DNA of 45,754 nt from a virus, in the IMG/VR virus record IMGVR_UViG_3300025762_000005; one strand, written 5' to 3'. The notes below the pieces were generated by a model, which had not been told where the DNA came from, did not search any database, and worked only from the letters and a program-made list of their open reading frames with translations. Numbering within the stretch: the first letter of the stretch is position 1; each line of letters begins with the position of its first letter. Below, piece after piece: positions 1 through 9,079 of the stretch. Both the position numbers and the translations under genes were made by a program.

Positions 1-282
1 AAAAAATTCGATACCGCTGTAAAAATGTCGATGATTATCAGTTTGCCTACCCAATCACTTTACAACGTTGTAAAAGAAAGCTTTGAAAATGGGGGTCCGA
101 AAGTTATTGAATATATAATTCAAAACCTGGATAATCAAGTTATTAAGGAAAGCCTAAAACAGGCTCTACTTCAAGCTTATGAACCCTTGATTCCTAAAAA
201 TGAACTTCCTTATGAAGTAGAAGCTCCGGTTGTTGGAAGCCCGGAAGCTCAAGGTGATATTATCGGGGAAGAAGAAAAATAA
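1..282 (+). CDS. Hypothetical phage protein, 5'-truncated by window edge
   Basis: Frame is open from base 1 (KKFDTAVK-M...) to TAA at 280-282; the next gene follows after 9 nt. Confidence 0.6.
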   Translation, partial: KKFDTAVKMSMIISLPTQSLYNVVKESFENGGPKVIEYIIQNLDNQVIKESLKQALLQAYEPLIPKNELPYEVEAPVVGSPEAQGDIIGEEEK

Positions 283-291
283 TTTTAATCA

Positions 292-825
292 ATGGAAGAA
301 ATTAAGAAGAAGAAAATAATACAAGGCGAATATGAAGATGTCATCGAGATTGATGGGCATTATTACCTTGTGGATAAAAAAGACAAAGTTGCAGTTTTGC
401 CTTACACGATTTCTTCAGATGGCCTTCTGGAAAAAATAGGTATTATTGAAGACTGGAATTATATTGAAGATGAAGAAGTTTGGACCCTTCTTAATGGATA
501 TATTTCAACAGATGATAGTACCGATCTGGTAGCTGCAAATAGAATTTTCTATGAAGTTACTAAAATCAATATTAAAGCTGCAAAAGACTGGATGTTTTTA
601 GGAGCTCTTTATAGTAATTTAACGTCAGACTCCCCCATTAAAGTTTATGCCGTTGATGTTACAGGATTAAAGATCCAGGAGGAAGCTCAACAAGGCATCA
701 AAGAGAAAAAATTTAAGTTAATGGATGCTTCAACAGTTATTCGAACTGATGAAATCCTTTTCTTAGCCGCATACTTTAGATTATTTAATGTGTTTTATGT
801 CAAATCCTTAAGCAAAAAAAAGTAA
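292..825 (+). CDS. Nudix-fold protein with degenerate Nudix box
   Basis: KVAVLPY strand followed by GYISTDDSTDLVAANRIFYEV, which has Nudix-box spacing (Gx5Ex7REUxEE) but lacks most of the conserved Glu residues. Confidence 0.55.
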   Translation: MEEIKKKKIIQGEYEDVIEIDGHYYLVDKKDKVAVLPYTISSDGLLEKIGIIEDWNYIEDEEVWTLLNGYISTDDSTDLVAANRIFYEVTKINIKAAKDWMFLGALYSNLTSDSPIKVYAVDVTGLKIQEEAQQGIKEKKFKLMDASTVIRTDEILFLAAYFRLFNVFYVKSLSKKK

Positions 826-826
826 T

Positions 827-1114
827 ATGAACAGACGAGAAAGAAAGGCCATGGAAAAAAGGCTAGGACTTACTAAGTACAAAAAATCTTTGCCGAGAAA
901 TGAAAAATTCGAAATGATGAGACAGAATATCATTGAAGGCAGAAAAAAAGAGGAACAATTAAAAGAAGAAATAAGGATTAAAAACAATGCTCATGAAGAA
1001 TCGATCATTAATAAAAAAATTTCAGATAGAGCAATGGAATTAATGCTTAAGGATGGTCTGGACTATTATAGTGCCAATGAAAAAGCTAAGGAAGAATTTG
1101 GCAAAAAGGCATAG
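827..1114 (+). CDS. Hypothetical basic/coiled-coil phage protein
   Basis: 95-aa ORF tightly packed between its neighbours; starts MNRRERK; no recognisable domain. Confidence 0.65.
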   Translation: MNRRERKAMEKRLGLTKYKKSLPRNEKFEMMRQNIIEGRKKEEQLKEEIRIKNNAHEESIINKKISDRAMELMLKDGLDYYSANEKAKEEFGKKA

Positions 1115-1116
1115 GA

Positions 1117-1551
1117 ATGAAATTTTATATTACTGTCGAAGGTTTACCAAAATTAAAGCGGGCTTTTCTAAACTTAAAACTTTATTCAGTTGTAAGTGTT
1201 CCGGAAATCCTGTCTGACTTAGGATATACTTATTCTACGATAGATGAATATGCAGCTTTTATAGTCAATCAAAAAATAACGGGATTGATTGAAAATTATG
1301 TAAAGTCCAAAAGAATTCGTGGGATTATTTATTCTAATCCAAACCTTAGCAGGGATATAATTGAAAATCTTTTTAATGAATTAGAGACCTGCGATAGGAT
1401 TTCAGATTTAGTTTTACTAGATGACTATAATGTACCAAAACTAGAACAATATTACGATCTTTTTAGAGAAATAATCTTCTTCCCTTCTGTCAAAAAGATT
1501 AGGCTTATCGAGTGTAAGCCTATTCAGGATAAATTAAATTGGAAAGTCTAA
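1117..1551 (+). CDS. Hypothetical phage protein
   Basis: 144-aa ORF 2 nt after the upstream stop and followed by a terminator hairpin. Confidence 0.65.
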   Translation: MKFYITVEGLPKLKRAFLNLKLYSVVSVPEILSDLGYTYSTIDEYAAFIVNQKITGLIENYVKSKRIRGIIYSNPNLSRDIIENLFNELETCDRISDLVLLDDYNVPKLEQYYDLFREIIFFPSVKKIRLIECKPIQDKLNWKV

Positions 1552-1571
1552 CCCGCAAGGTTAGACTTTTT
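1543..1571 (+). terminator. Intrinsic terminator
   Basis: aaagtctaacc-cgcaa-ggttagacttt hairpin running into a T tract, overlapping the stop of 1117..1551. Confidence 0.7.
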
Positions 1572-1579
1572 AGTTTCTC

Positions 1580-1596
1580 GAATATATAAAATAAAA
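1580..1596 (+). promoter_or_regulatory. Putative phage late promoter
   Basis: gaatatataaaataaaa just upstream of ATG 1603; the same motif recurs before other operon starts. Confidence 0.5.
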
Positions 1597-1602
1597 TACA
1601 GT

Positions 1603-3951
1603 ATGGCAGAAGCAGTTGCAAGTAAAACGAAAGTCGATCAGTTAATTGATAGAGCTTTAAAGGCTATCGAAAATGCTATAGAATTTACGGATTACTATAC
1701 TACAAATGAATGTTTTCGAGTTAAAGTTAATAAGCTTTTCAATGAGCTTATAACTGGAGACGGTTTTTTTAGTAGAGATATTCCCGGGGATAAATTGGAC
1801 AATATCCATCCTATCGCTGCTGCTCGTGTTTATAAAGAATCTCTTGCTAGGGCTAAGGAATTTTTAGATGGATGTCTAAGAGCACGATATTCTCAAACTG
1901 TTCATGATGAAGTTTCTTCCGAAATACCCCTTACTGATTTTGATGGTAAGCCTTTAGAGGATTCAGCAATAGGGCCTTTTGATAGAAGATTACAAAGACT
2001 TTATCAAACAGATAATAAAACAAGTTTAATTACTCCTTATGATACAAGATTTCAGCAGGTTTCTACAACTGGATATTTAATTTCTGATCAAAAAGTACAA
2101 GAATCCCAAATTGAAAATCAAAAAGATGTTTTGTCTGCTTTGGCAGAAAAAAGGGAACAACTTAAAAAAGATGATTTCTTTAAGGGTATTCCCTCCCTTA
2201 TAAATACGTATGCTGTTACAAGATTATATGGAAGTAAAGGAGGCAATTATCTCATCAATAGAAGAAACGAAAGAAAATGGTATGAAATAGATCAAGCTTC
2301 GGATGGAGATTTAGCTTTTAGTTTAAACCCAACTACTTCATCTATTATTTCTTGGGGTAATGGGGATCCTTATGGAAGAACACCTTATCATTTTAGCGAT
2401 TTTGTTTATTGCAAATATTGGAATATAGTTCCTAACAATCGAATGATTACTCTTCGAAGATATGCTGCTCCTATCGTAGATAACCTTAAGTTTCCTGGAA
2501 TGGACGGTTTACAAGATTTTGGTACTGCTGGAAATAATTCAGATGAAAAAGCTGCTAATTCGCAAAACGCAAATCCCGGAACTCAAGATCAAGGAGGGGG
2601 AAAGAAAGTTTCTTTTCCCCCAATGGCAACGGCAGTTACTTATTTTGGGGAAGAAACAGGAAATTCTCTTTCGACTATTTTAAAAATGAGTGCAGGATTA
2701 AAATGGGGGGATGTAGAAGCAAAAGTCTTTGAAGTTCAATCCCAAGCAAACCCGGATATGGAAGCAGGACCCGCGGGGCTTTTCGGGGGTCTTACCAAAT
2801 TTGCTAAGATGCTTAATATTGCTACGGGAAGTTTTGACCAGCAAGCAATATTGAATAAAGGAAATTTACCACCAGATCCATATAGCGGAGGTCCCTACGA
2901 AAACAGGGTTATTGGACCTGTCAACAGAATTGATTCTGTTAAAAAAAGGGAAGCCGGATTAAAATTTGAAAATAAAATATCTTTGGTATTCGAATATGTT
3001 GCCCGACCAATTGGGGGTATAAATACTAAAGCAGTTTTATTAGATATACTTTCGAACTTTTTAGTTATTGGATCTGCTTCAGCAATGTTCTGGGGTGGGC
3101 AGCATAGATTTATGGCAAATCCCCAGCAATATCCATTTATGGGTGGGGATAAAGGGATTCAGCAATGGTATAGGGGTCAGCCTTTACAATGGGCTCAATC
3201 ATCAATCGATACTTTTGCAGATAAAATCACTGATGCTACTGGAGAATTGGCTGATCTTGCAAAAGGGGTTTGGAATGCTATTTTGGGAAAAGGAAGCTTA
3301 AAAAGTCTTATTACTGGTGATAGTCTTGCGGGAAATATAATTCGTGCAAAATCAGCAGAAAAATCAGAGGGACAAATTCCTTATCTAACAGGATTAAAGG
3401 CTCTTCTAATAGGCGAACCAGTTGGGGAATGGCATGTAACCATTGGAAATCCTCTAAATCCTATCGCTATGATCGGGAATTTAATTTGCGACAGCATAGA
3501 GCTTGAATTAGGAGAAGAATTAGGACCCGATGATTTCCCCCTAGAGATAAAAATTACAGTTAATCTTGATCACGGAATGGCTAGAGATAGAGATGCAATT
3601 CAATCTATCTTTAACCGTGGTATGGGTAGGATTTATGATCTTCCGGATAATTTTGCAGGAAGTGCTGATTATGAAACAAGGGTTGACAAATATACAGGAA
3701 ATCAATCCATGACTGGTTCCCAGCCTTCTTTTGCCGGGGGAACATTTATTGCTGATTCCGGAACAACAGGAGGTAAATTTGGCAAGCCCGCTATTAAACA
3801 AAATACTTTGTCCGGAGCAGTTAGTGTTTGGAATAGGGATAAATTCTCAGCAGTTTCAGCTAATCAGGATCTTAATTTTACAGGAAATAAAGTATTAAAT
3901 AGAAGCGCTTACAGAGCAGCTGATTGGATTTCATTAAAATCACTTAAGTAA
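1603..3951 (+). CDS. Probable baseplate / tail-tube initiator-like structural protein
   Basis: 782 aa, first gene of the baseplate operon; C-terminal GEWHVTIGNP...GPDDFPLEIKITVNL resembles tube-fold baseplate proteins. Family call is by context and eye. Confidence 0.45.
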   Translation: MAEAVASKTKVDQLIDRALKAIENAIEFTDYYTTNECFRVKVNKLFNELITGDGFFSRDIPGDKLDNIHPIAAARVYKESLARAKEFLDGCLRARYSQTVHDEVSSEIPLTDFDGKPLEDSAIGPFDRRLQRLYQTDNKTSLITPYDTRFQQVSTTGYLISDQKVQESQIENQKDVLSALAEKREQLKKDDFFKGIPSLINTYAVTRLYGSKGGNYLINRRNERKWYEIDQASDGDLAFSLNPTTSSIISWGNGDPYGRTPYHFSDFVYCKYWNIVPNNRMITLRRYAAPIVDNLKFPGMDGLQDFGTAGNNSDEKAANSQNANPGTQDQGGGKKVSFPPMATAVTYFGEETGNSLSTILKMSAGLKWGDVEAKVFEVQSQANPDMEAGPAGLFGGLTKFAKMLNIATGSFDQQAILNKGNLPPDPYSGGPYENRVIGPVNRIDSVKKREAGLKFENKISLVFEYVARPIGGINTKAVLLDILSNFLVIGSASAMFWGGQHRFMANPQQYPFMGGDKGIQQWYRGQPLQWAQSSIDTFADKITDATGELADLAKGVWNAILGKGSLKSLITGDSLAGNIIRAKSAEKSEGQIPYLTGLKALLIGEPVGEWHVTIGNPLNPIAMIGNLICDSIELELGEELGPDDFPLEIKITVNLDHGMARDRDAIQSIFNRGMGRIYDLPDNFAGSADYETRVDKYTGNQSMTGSQPSFAGGTFIADSGTTGGKFGKPAIKQNTLSGAVSVWNRDKFSAVSANQDLNFTGNKVLNRSAYRAADWISLKSLK

Positions 3952-3953
3952 TT

Positions 3954-4538
3954 ATGTTTTTAAATTCTATAGATAATAAGCCTTTACTTACAAAGGAGGA
4001 CGGAACAACAATTAGGGATTTGACCCAGACGATGTTCAACTTTAAAACTAATAATTATCTTAGTTTTCAAGCATATAGGATCCCTGCAGATTATGCCATG
4101 AGACCCGATTTAATTTCTCAAGCAGTTTATAATAATACCATTTATGCAGAGTTCATTTTAAAATATAATGGAATTAGCAATGCTTTTACTATTTCTCCAG
4201 GAGACATTATTCTTATCCCTGATTTAAATAGTGCACAGGATAATGTTAAGAAACAGGGGGAAGGAGCGGATTCTCCGGAGAATAAGATTAGGCTTTCATA
4301 TAAATATATCGACCCCACAAAAGCTCCTAAACAAGATAAAACTGCTGTTGCTTTTAGTGATAGAAATCTTAAAGAGGGTGCATTACCTCCTAATATTGCC
4401 GATGAAGGAGCAAAACAGATAGTCCATAGGAATGGCCGGGTTTATTTTGGGGAAGGCATTGGAGAAAGTGCATGTTTAAAGAATGGAATGAGTTCAAGTG
4501 AATTCTTAACTACAATTATAAAAAGCAAAAAAGTCTAA
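3954..4538 (+). CDS. Baseplate wedge protein, T4 gp53-like (LysM-like)
   Basis: YRIPADYAMRPDLISQAVYNN...ILKYNGISNAFTISPGDIILIP matches the gp53/LysM-like pattern. Confidence 0.7.
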   Translation: MFLNSIDNKPLLTKEDGTTIRDLTQTMFNFKTNNYLSFQAYRIPADYAMRPDLISQAVYNNTIYAEFILKYNGISNAFTISPGDIILIPDLNSAQDNVKKQGEGADSPENKIRLSYKYIDPTKAPKQDKTAVAFSDRNLKEGALPPNIADEGAKQIVHRNGRVYFGEGIGESACLKNGMSSSEFLTTIIKSKKV

Positions 4539-6151
4539 TGGCTGATTATACATTTAATCCAATCGGGGATAGTGAACCCCCAAAACAAGCTAGTAGAAAC
4601 GATGCTGGAAAAGAAAAATATAGGATTTATAATGTTTTCAAACCAACAATCGTATTGGATGAAATGTCCTTACCCGAAACTAATCCTGGGGGAAAAGCTC
4701 AAAAGATAGAAGATAAAACTTCTGTAGAATTTCCTTTTATAAAAATAAATGATTATCTTATTTCTAGGGGAGAGATTGATTATTTTGAAATAGATTCAAC
4801 AAAAAGGCTTCCGACTATTATCCTTACTTTAAGTTTTTCTAATGATAAATTCCTAACTAAGGAAATGCCTAAAGATGGGGACATTATTTCTGTGGCTATT
4901 ACTAATCAAACTGATTTATTACATCCTATCCGAAATGATTATGTAATTACGGGGGTAAGCCCTCTTAAAAAAAGTACTTCTGTTCAATCAGGTATTACAA
5001 TTACATTTTTTGGAGAACTTTTTATACCAGGTCTTTCAGGATATAAAAAAGCTGTAGCTTTTAATGGAATGACTTCGATGGAAGCTCTAAAAGAAATCGC
5101 TAAATCATTAGGTTTAGGATTTAATACAAACGAAGAAAACACAGATGATAAGCAATTATGGTTTGTTTTTACTAGCTATGAAATTTCCATCGAAGAAATA
5201 GCTTCAAGATCATGGAAAGATGAAAATAGTTTCTTTGACTGGTGGATCGATATTTATTATAATTTTAATTTTGTAAATGTTCAAAAACAATTACTTTCAT
5301 CGGAAGATGAAATTGATATAGCTGCTTCTTTAAGTAATGTTCCGAAAGAATATTATTGGGGAAGTAATACAAATGAAGCTGTTGAGGCTCCTAAAGTATT
5401 TTCAAACTTCGAAGGATATAGGACAACAAGTTTTTATATCACAGACTGGAAACCCATTAATAAATCTTCAGCTATTACTTTTGAATATGGAACTAATGTT
5501 CAAGCTTGCTTCTTTGAGCATAACAAAGTTCTTTATGATGACCCGGAAAAAACTAAATATTGGTCCTTCAAAATTGATCCTGCTTATGACCAGGAAAAAT
5601 TAAACAGCCATATTTTATTGAGAGGGCGAGCTACTTGGGATGCTTCCTTACATTCCAATGAACCCGCAAGAGCTAATTATAACTATGCAGATCTCTATAA
5701 TAGTTCCCCATGGTTAGGAATTCAATATACAATTTCTAATCCCGATGAAGATAATAGTAAATGGACAGGAAATCACCACAGAAATTATGTTAGATCACAG
5801 ATTCAAAATATTTTGAACCGAGTTGAATTAGAAAAATTAAATGTAGAAATATCTGTTCAGGGTTCTAACTTAAATATCATTAAAGGGGATAAGGTTCCAA
5901 TTGTTTTAATACAAAAGAATCGTTTTGAAAACCTCTTAATAGATAAAAATTTTGTTGCCGATGCAGCTTTGGAATTTTTCTATACGGGATGGTATTATGT
6001 TAAGGGATTTACTTTATCCTGGGTAAGAGATGTTCCGCAAGTCTATTCGCTATTCTCCCAAAAATTTATTTTAACAAGAAGAGAATGGCCTGCTCCTGTT
6101 CCTGTTGATCCAGTAAAAATACAGGATAAAAAAGGCTTTGAACAACAATAA
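4538..6151 (+). CDS. Probable baseplate hub protein (gp27/late-control-D-like)
   Basis: 537 aa between the gp53-like and gp5-like genes; C-terminal FFYTGWYYVKGFTLSW...QKFILTRREWP resembles hub proteins. Confidence 0.5.
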   Translation: MADYTFNPIGDSEPPKQASRNDAGKEKYRIYNVFKPTIVLDEMSLPETNPGGKAQKIEDKTSVEFPFIKINDYLISRGEIDYFEIDSTKRLPTIILTLSFSNDKFLTKEMPKDGDIISVAITNQTDLLHPIRNDYVITGVSPLKKSTSVQSGITITFFGELFIPGLSGYKKAVAFNGMTSMEALKEIAKSLGLGFNTNEENTDDKQLWFVFTSYEISIEEIASRSWKDENSFFDWWIDIYYNFNFVNVQKQLLSSEDEIDIAASLSNVPKEYYWGSNTNEAVEAPKVFSNFEGYRTTSFYITDWKPINKSSAITFEYGTNVQACFFEHNKVLYDDPEKTKYWSFKIDPAYDQEKLNSHILLRGRATWDASLHSNEPARANYNYADLYNSSPWLGIQYTISNPDEDNSKWTGNHHRNYVRSQIQNILNRVELEKLNVEISVQGSNLNIIKGDKVPIVLIQKNRFENLLIDKNFVADAALEFFYTGWYYVKGFTLSWVRDVPQVYSLFSQKFILTRREWPAPVPVDPVKIQDKKGFEQQ

Positions 6152-6170
6152 ATAAAAAAATAACCAGATA

Positions 6171-8297
6171 ATGCCAACCTTAGCTGAAAATATCTTTAAG
6201 TCTTTTAGAACTCCTGGTTCAGTCTTGAATAGCGGAGTAATTGCTGGCGGAAAAATATCAAAAACCTTTGATGAACCAACCTATTTGACTTTTAGACTTG
6301 GATTTAGACCTGCAAATACGAATCTTGAGTTAACAAACTATGATAAAATGCCTCATCCATTATTTGAAAGGGCAGAGCCTCAGGATGATATTAATGCAAG
6401 AAATTTTTATTCTACAAGGCAATTCTTAAGGGATGCTAATGAATTCGTTAGAGAAAAAATGCTCTTAGAATTTATTGATAAATGGAATGTTGTTCAAAAT
6501 AATTATCAATGGTATTTCCAAAGTATCTCAGGAATTGACTCCTTATTAAAAATAGATCCAAAAAGAGGTATCAGGGTTTCTAAAGATGGCAAAGTTACAA
6601 TTAAGATGTTTGAAGGACTTGATTGGAAAATTATTCATCTCCTAAATCTTTATCGCAAAATTGCATGGGATGATGTTTATCAAAGATGGATACTTCCCGA
6701 TATGATGCGTTATTTTATGATGGATATTTACATTACAGAATTCAGAACATTTCATCAATCTACATTAACTACAAATCCTTCAGAACAAAAACCAAAAACT
6801 TTTCCAGGTTCTGAAGTTCCTAATATGGTTTTAACGGCTATTGACGATTTAATGCCTACTTATGTTATTCATTGCGAAAGATGTGAATTTGACATTACAT
6901 CATTTAATTCTCAATTCAACGATCTTAATGTAACGGATCCTCAAATGGCCGAAATATCTTTTGACATTAAAGTTGGAACTATAACAGAGGAATATAGAAA
7001 TTCTATTCTTGATTATTACTATACAGATCGAATTATCAATGGATTAGAAAGAAGCGTAGAATTTTCAATGCTTAAAGGAGAATCTATTCCAGTTAATCTA
7101 GGAGGGGTGAGTGTTCCTATTATCATGCAAGAGGATATTCCTTATAATCCTTTAAAAATCTCAGCTAATACTGAAGCAAGAGCATATATAAATCCTGATA
7201 TGGATTATGGGGAAAAAGCTTCTCATACATCCGGACAGCCTTTTGTTGAAACGGGTGGATCCGGGGAATCTAATCTTTCCAACGCATCTCAGGCCATTCA
7301 ACCGCCAACATGGATAGGAAATACTATCAAATTCGGAAAAGCATTTGCAGAAAATCTTTTAGATACTGCAGTTGGAAAAGCTAAGATGACTAAAATACCT
7401 GGGTTAGGAGTTTCCTTTAATGAAGCCCTTGCAGCTGCACAAAGTAAAAATATCTTTGTTGTTTTTGGCCTTGTTCGTCAAGCTATGACTCAGGACTTAG
7501 CCCCTACGATGCCTTCTCAAGAACTTTCCAATAAGCTTATAGATACTTCTTTTAGAGAATTTGTTTCAAAGATAGCTAAATCCGAAGCAACAAATGGAAC
7601 AGAGAATTTAGTAAGAGCAGCAAATAAAATTTTGAACGATCAAGGAATATGGGAAGAAATAAAAGATATGTCAAAAGCTACAGATCTTATTTCTCAAATA
7701 TATAATGAAGTTAATATAGGGAAATCTATTGAGAACCCCGAAGGATTAAAATCCCAAGTAAATATTTTAACTTCTAATGATAGATCAAAAGCAACAGATT
7801 TAGATGGAGATCCTACGATCACAGGACAATCTTTAGTCTATAAGGGAATTCCGCTAAGCACTTCTACTTCTGGTTCAATTGAAGGAAAAACTCTATCTAA
7901 AGTAAAAATAGGATCTACAGATGGAAATATTCAAAAGGACGAAGGGCAAGAAACTAATCCTAGCGTTGCAACCTCTGTAGGTTATCTTGAAAAATCTAGC
8001 TTTTCTGAAATTAAACCTAATTTGGGAATTGAAGAAGGCGGTTTGGAAAGTGCTGCTCCAAGTTTAGCAACTTCCAAAAGGGACGATTTACAAAAACCTA
8101 ATTTTACAGGAAGTAAACCTAAATCAGAAATTCAAGGTGGCGAAATTGAGGATGCAGAAGTAAGTAAAGCTACAAAAAGTGATATAGAAAATGGAAAATA
8201 TTTCTTTGGAGGCATTTCAAAAAATGAATTAGTAAAAGAAAAACTTCCAAGACCAAAACCAAGTGAAGATTTAAGCGAACCTATTAAAAATAAATAA
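6171..8297 (+). CDS. Probable tail/baseplate structural protein
   Basis: 708 aa in the baseplate operon; ordered N-terminal half (FDEPTYLTFRL...), S/T/G-rich C-terminal part. Confidence 0.4.
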   Translation: MPTLAENIFKSFRTPGSVLNSGVIAGGKISKTFDEPTYLTFRLGFRPANTNLELTNYDKMPHPLFERAEPQDDINARNFYSTRQFLRDANEFVREKMLLEFIDKWNVVQNNYQWYFQSISGIDSLLKIDPKRGIRVSKDGKVTIKMFEGLDWKIIHLLNLYRKIAWDDVYQRWILPDMMRYFMMDIYITEFRTFHQSTLTTNPSEQKPKTFPGSEVPNMVLTAIDDLMPTYVIHCERCEFDITSFNSQFNDLNVTDPQMAEISFDIKVGTITEEYRNSILDYYYTDRIINGLERSVEFSMLKGESIPVNLGGVSVPIIMQEDIPYNPLKISANTEARAYINPDMDYGEKASHTSGQPFVETGGSGESNLSNASQAIQPPTWIGNTIKFGKAFAENLLDTAVGKAKMTKIPGLGVSFNEALAAAQSKNIFVVFGLVRQAMTQDLAPTMPSQELSNKLIDTSFREFVSKIAKSEATNGTENLVRAANKILNDQGIWEEIKDMSKATDLISQIYNEVNIGKSIENPEGLKSQVNILTSNDRSKATDLDGDPTITGQSLVYKGIPLSTSTSGSIEGKTLSKVKIGSTDGNIQKDEGQETNPSVATSVGYLEKSSFSEIKPNLGIEEGGLESAAPSLATSKRDDLQKPNFTGSKPKSEIQGGEIEDAEVSKATKSDIENGKYFFGGISKNELVKEKLPRPKPSEDLSEPIKNK

Positions 8298-8299
8298 TT

Positions 8300-9079
8300 A
8301 TGCAATTACCAGACGGCTTACATTTAACAATGAAGGATCTTCACGATAACGACTGGTTAGGCGTTATCTCGAACAATATTGACCCGACTTTTTCTGGTAG
8401 GTGCCAAGTTCGTGTTTATAGGTTAATGGATCACTTAAGTTCCAAAGATCTTCCTTGGGCAGTCCCAATTAATTCAACTGTTTTTGCTAGTGATGGAGCT
8501 GGATCTATTTCTATTCCTAAAATTGGACAAATAGTTCGTGTTCAGTTTAATAATGGTGATATTTATTCCCCTGAATATACTACTATTCAAAATATTGATA
8601 CCCAATTAATTGAAAGGATTAAAGATGACTATGATGGAACTCATGTATTACTCTACGATCCCGATGAAGAATTAACTATCATATATCAAAGAAATAGTGG
8701 AATGCAAATGTATTATCGCGGAAGTTTTATTCAAATTTCGCCTGATAGTATGATTACAATTGAACATGCAAATCAAGAATCTTTAATACAGTTAGATGGG
8801 GATAAGCTTAATATCGTTACTAAAAATGAAGTTAATGTTTCTGCTGCAGCTAAAGTTAGTATAAATGCTGACGAAGTTGTAGCAAGTGGCAATCAGGCAA
8901 CCAAGTTAGGTCCAGGTCCTTATTATCATGCTGTTTTAGGAGAAGTTTTATTTCCATTATTACAAACTATGGCTACTGCTTTGGATGCAAAAATGCCTGC
9001 AACTCCAGGGGTAAATACAGGATTGGTTCAGCAAGCTAAACAAGCAGCTATTTCAAATAATGTTTTAATCTCAAAATGA
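8300..9079 (+). CDS. Baseplate central spike, T4 gp5-like N-terminal OB-fold (no lysozyme domain)
   Basis: WLGVISNNIDPTFSGRCQVRVY...DLPWAVP matches the gp5/VgrG OB-fold motif, followed by beta-strand-rich repeats. Confidence 0.8.
   Translation: MQLPDGLHLTMKDLHDNDWLGVISNNIDPTFSGRCQVRVYRLMDHLSSKDLPWAVPINSTVFASDGAGSISIPKIGQIVRVQFNNGDIYSPEYTTIQNIDTQLIERIKDDYDGTHVLLYDPDEELTIIYQRNSGMQMYYRGSFIQISPDSMITIEHANQESLIQLDGDKLNIVTKNEVNVSAAAKVSINADEVVASGNQATKLGPGPYYHAVLGEVLFPLLQTMATALDAKMPATPGVNTGLVQQAKQAAISNNVLISK

Noticed and set aside
1117-1551. P-loop kinase assignment for the 144-aa ORF
   Set aside because: The N-terminal strand is suggestive, but there is no GxxxxGK[ST] motif.
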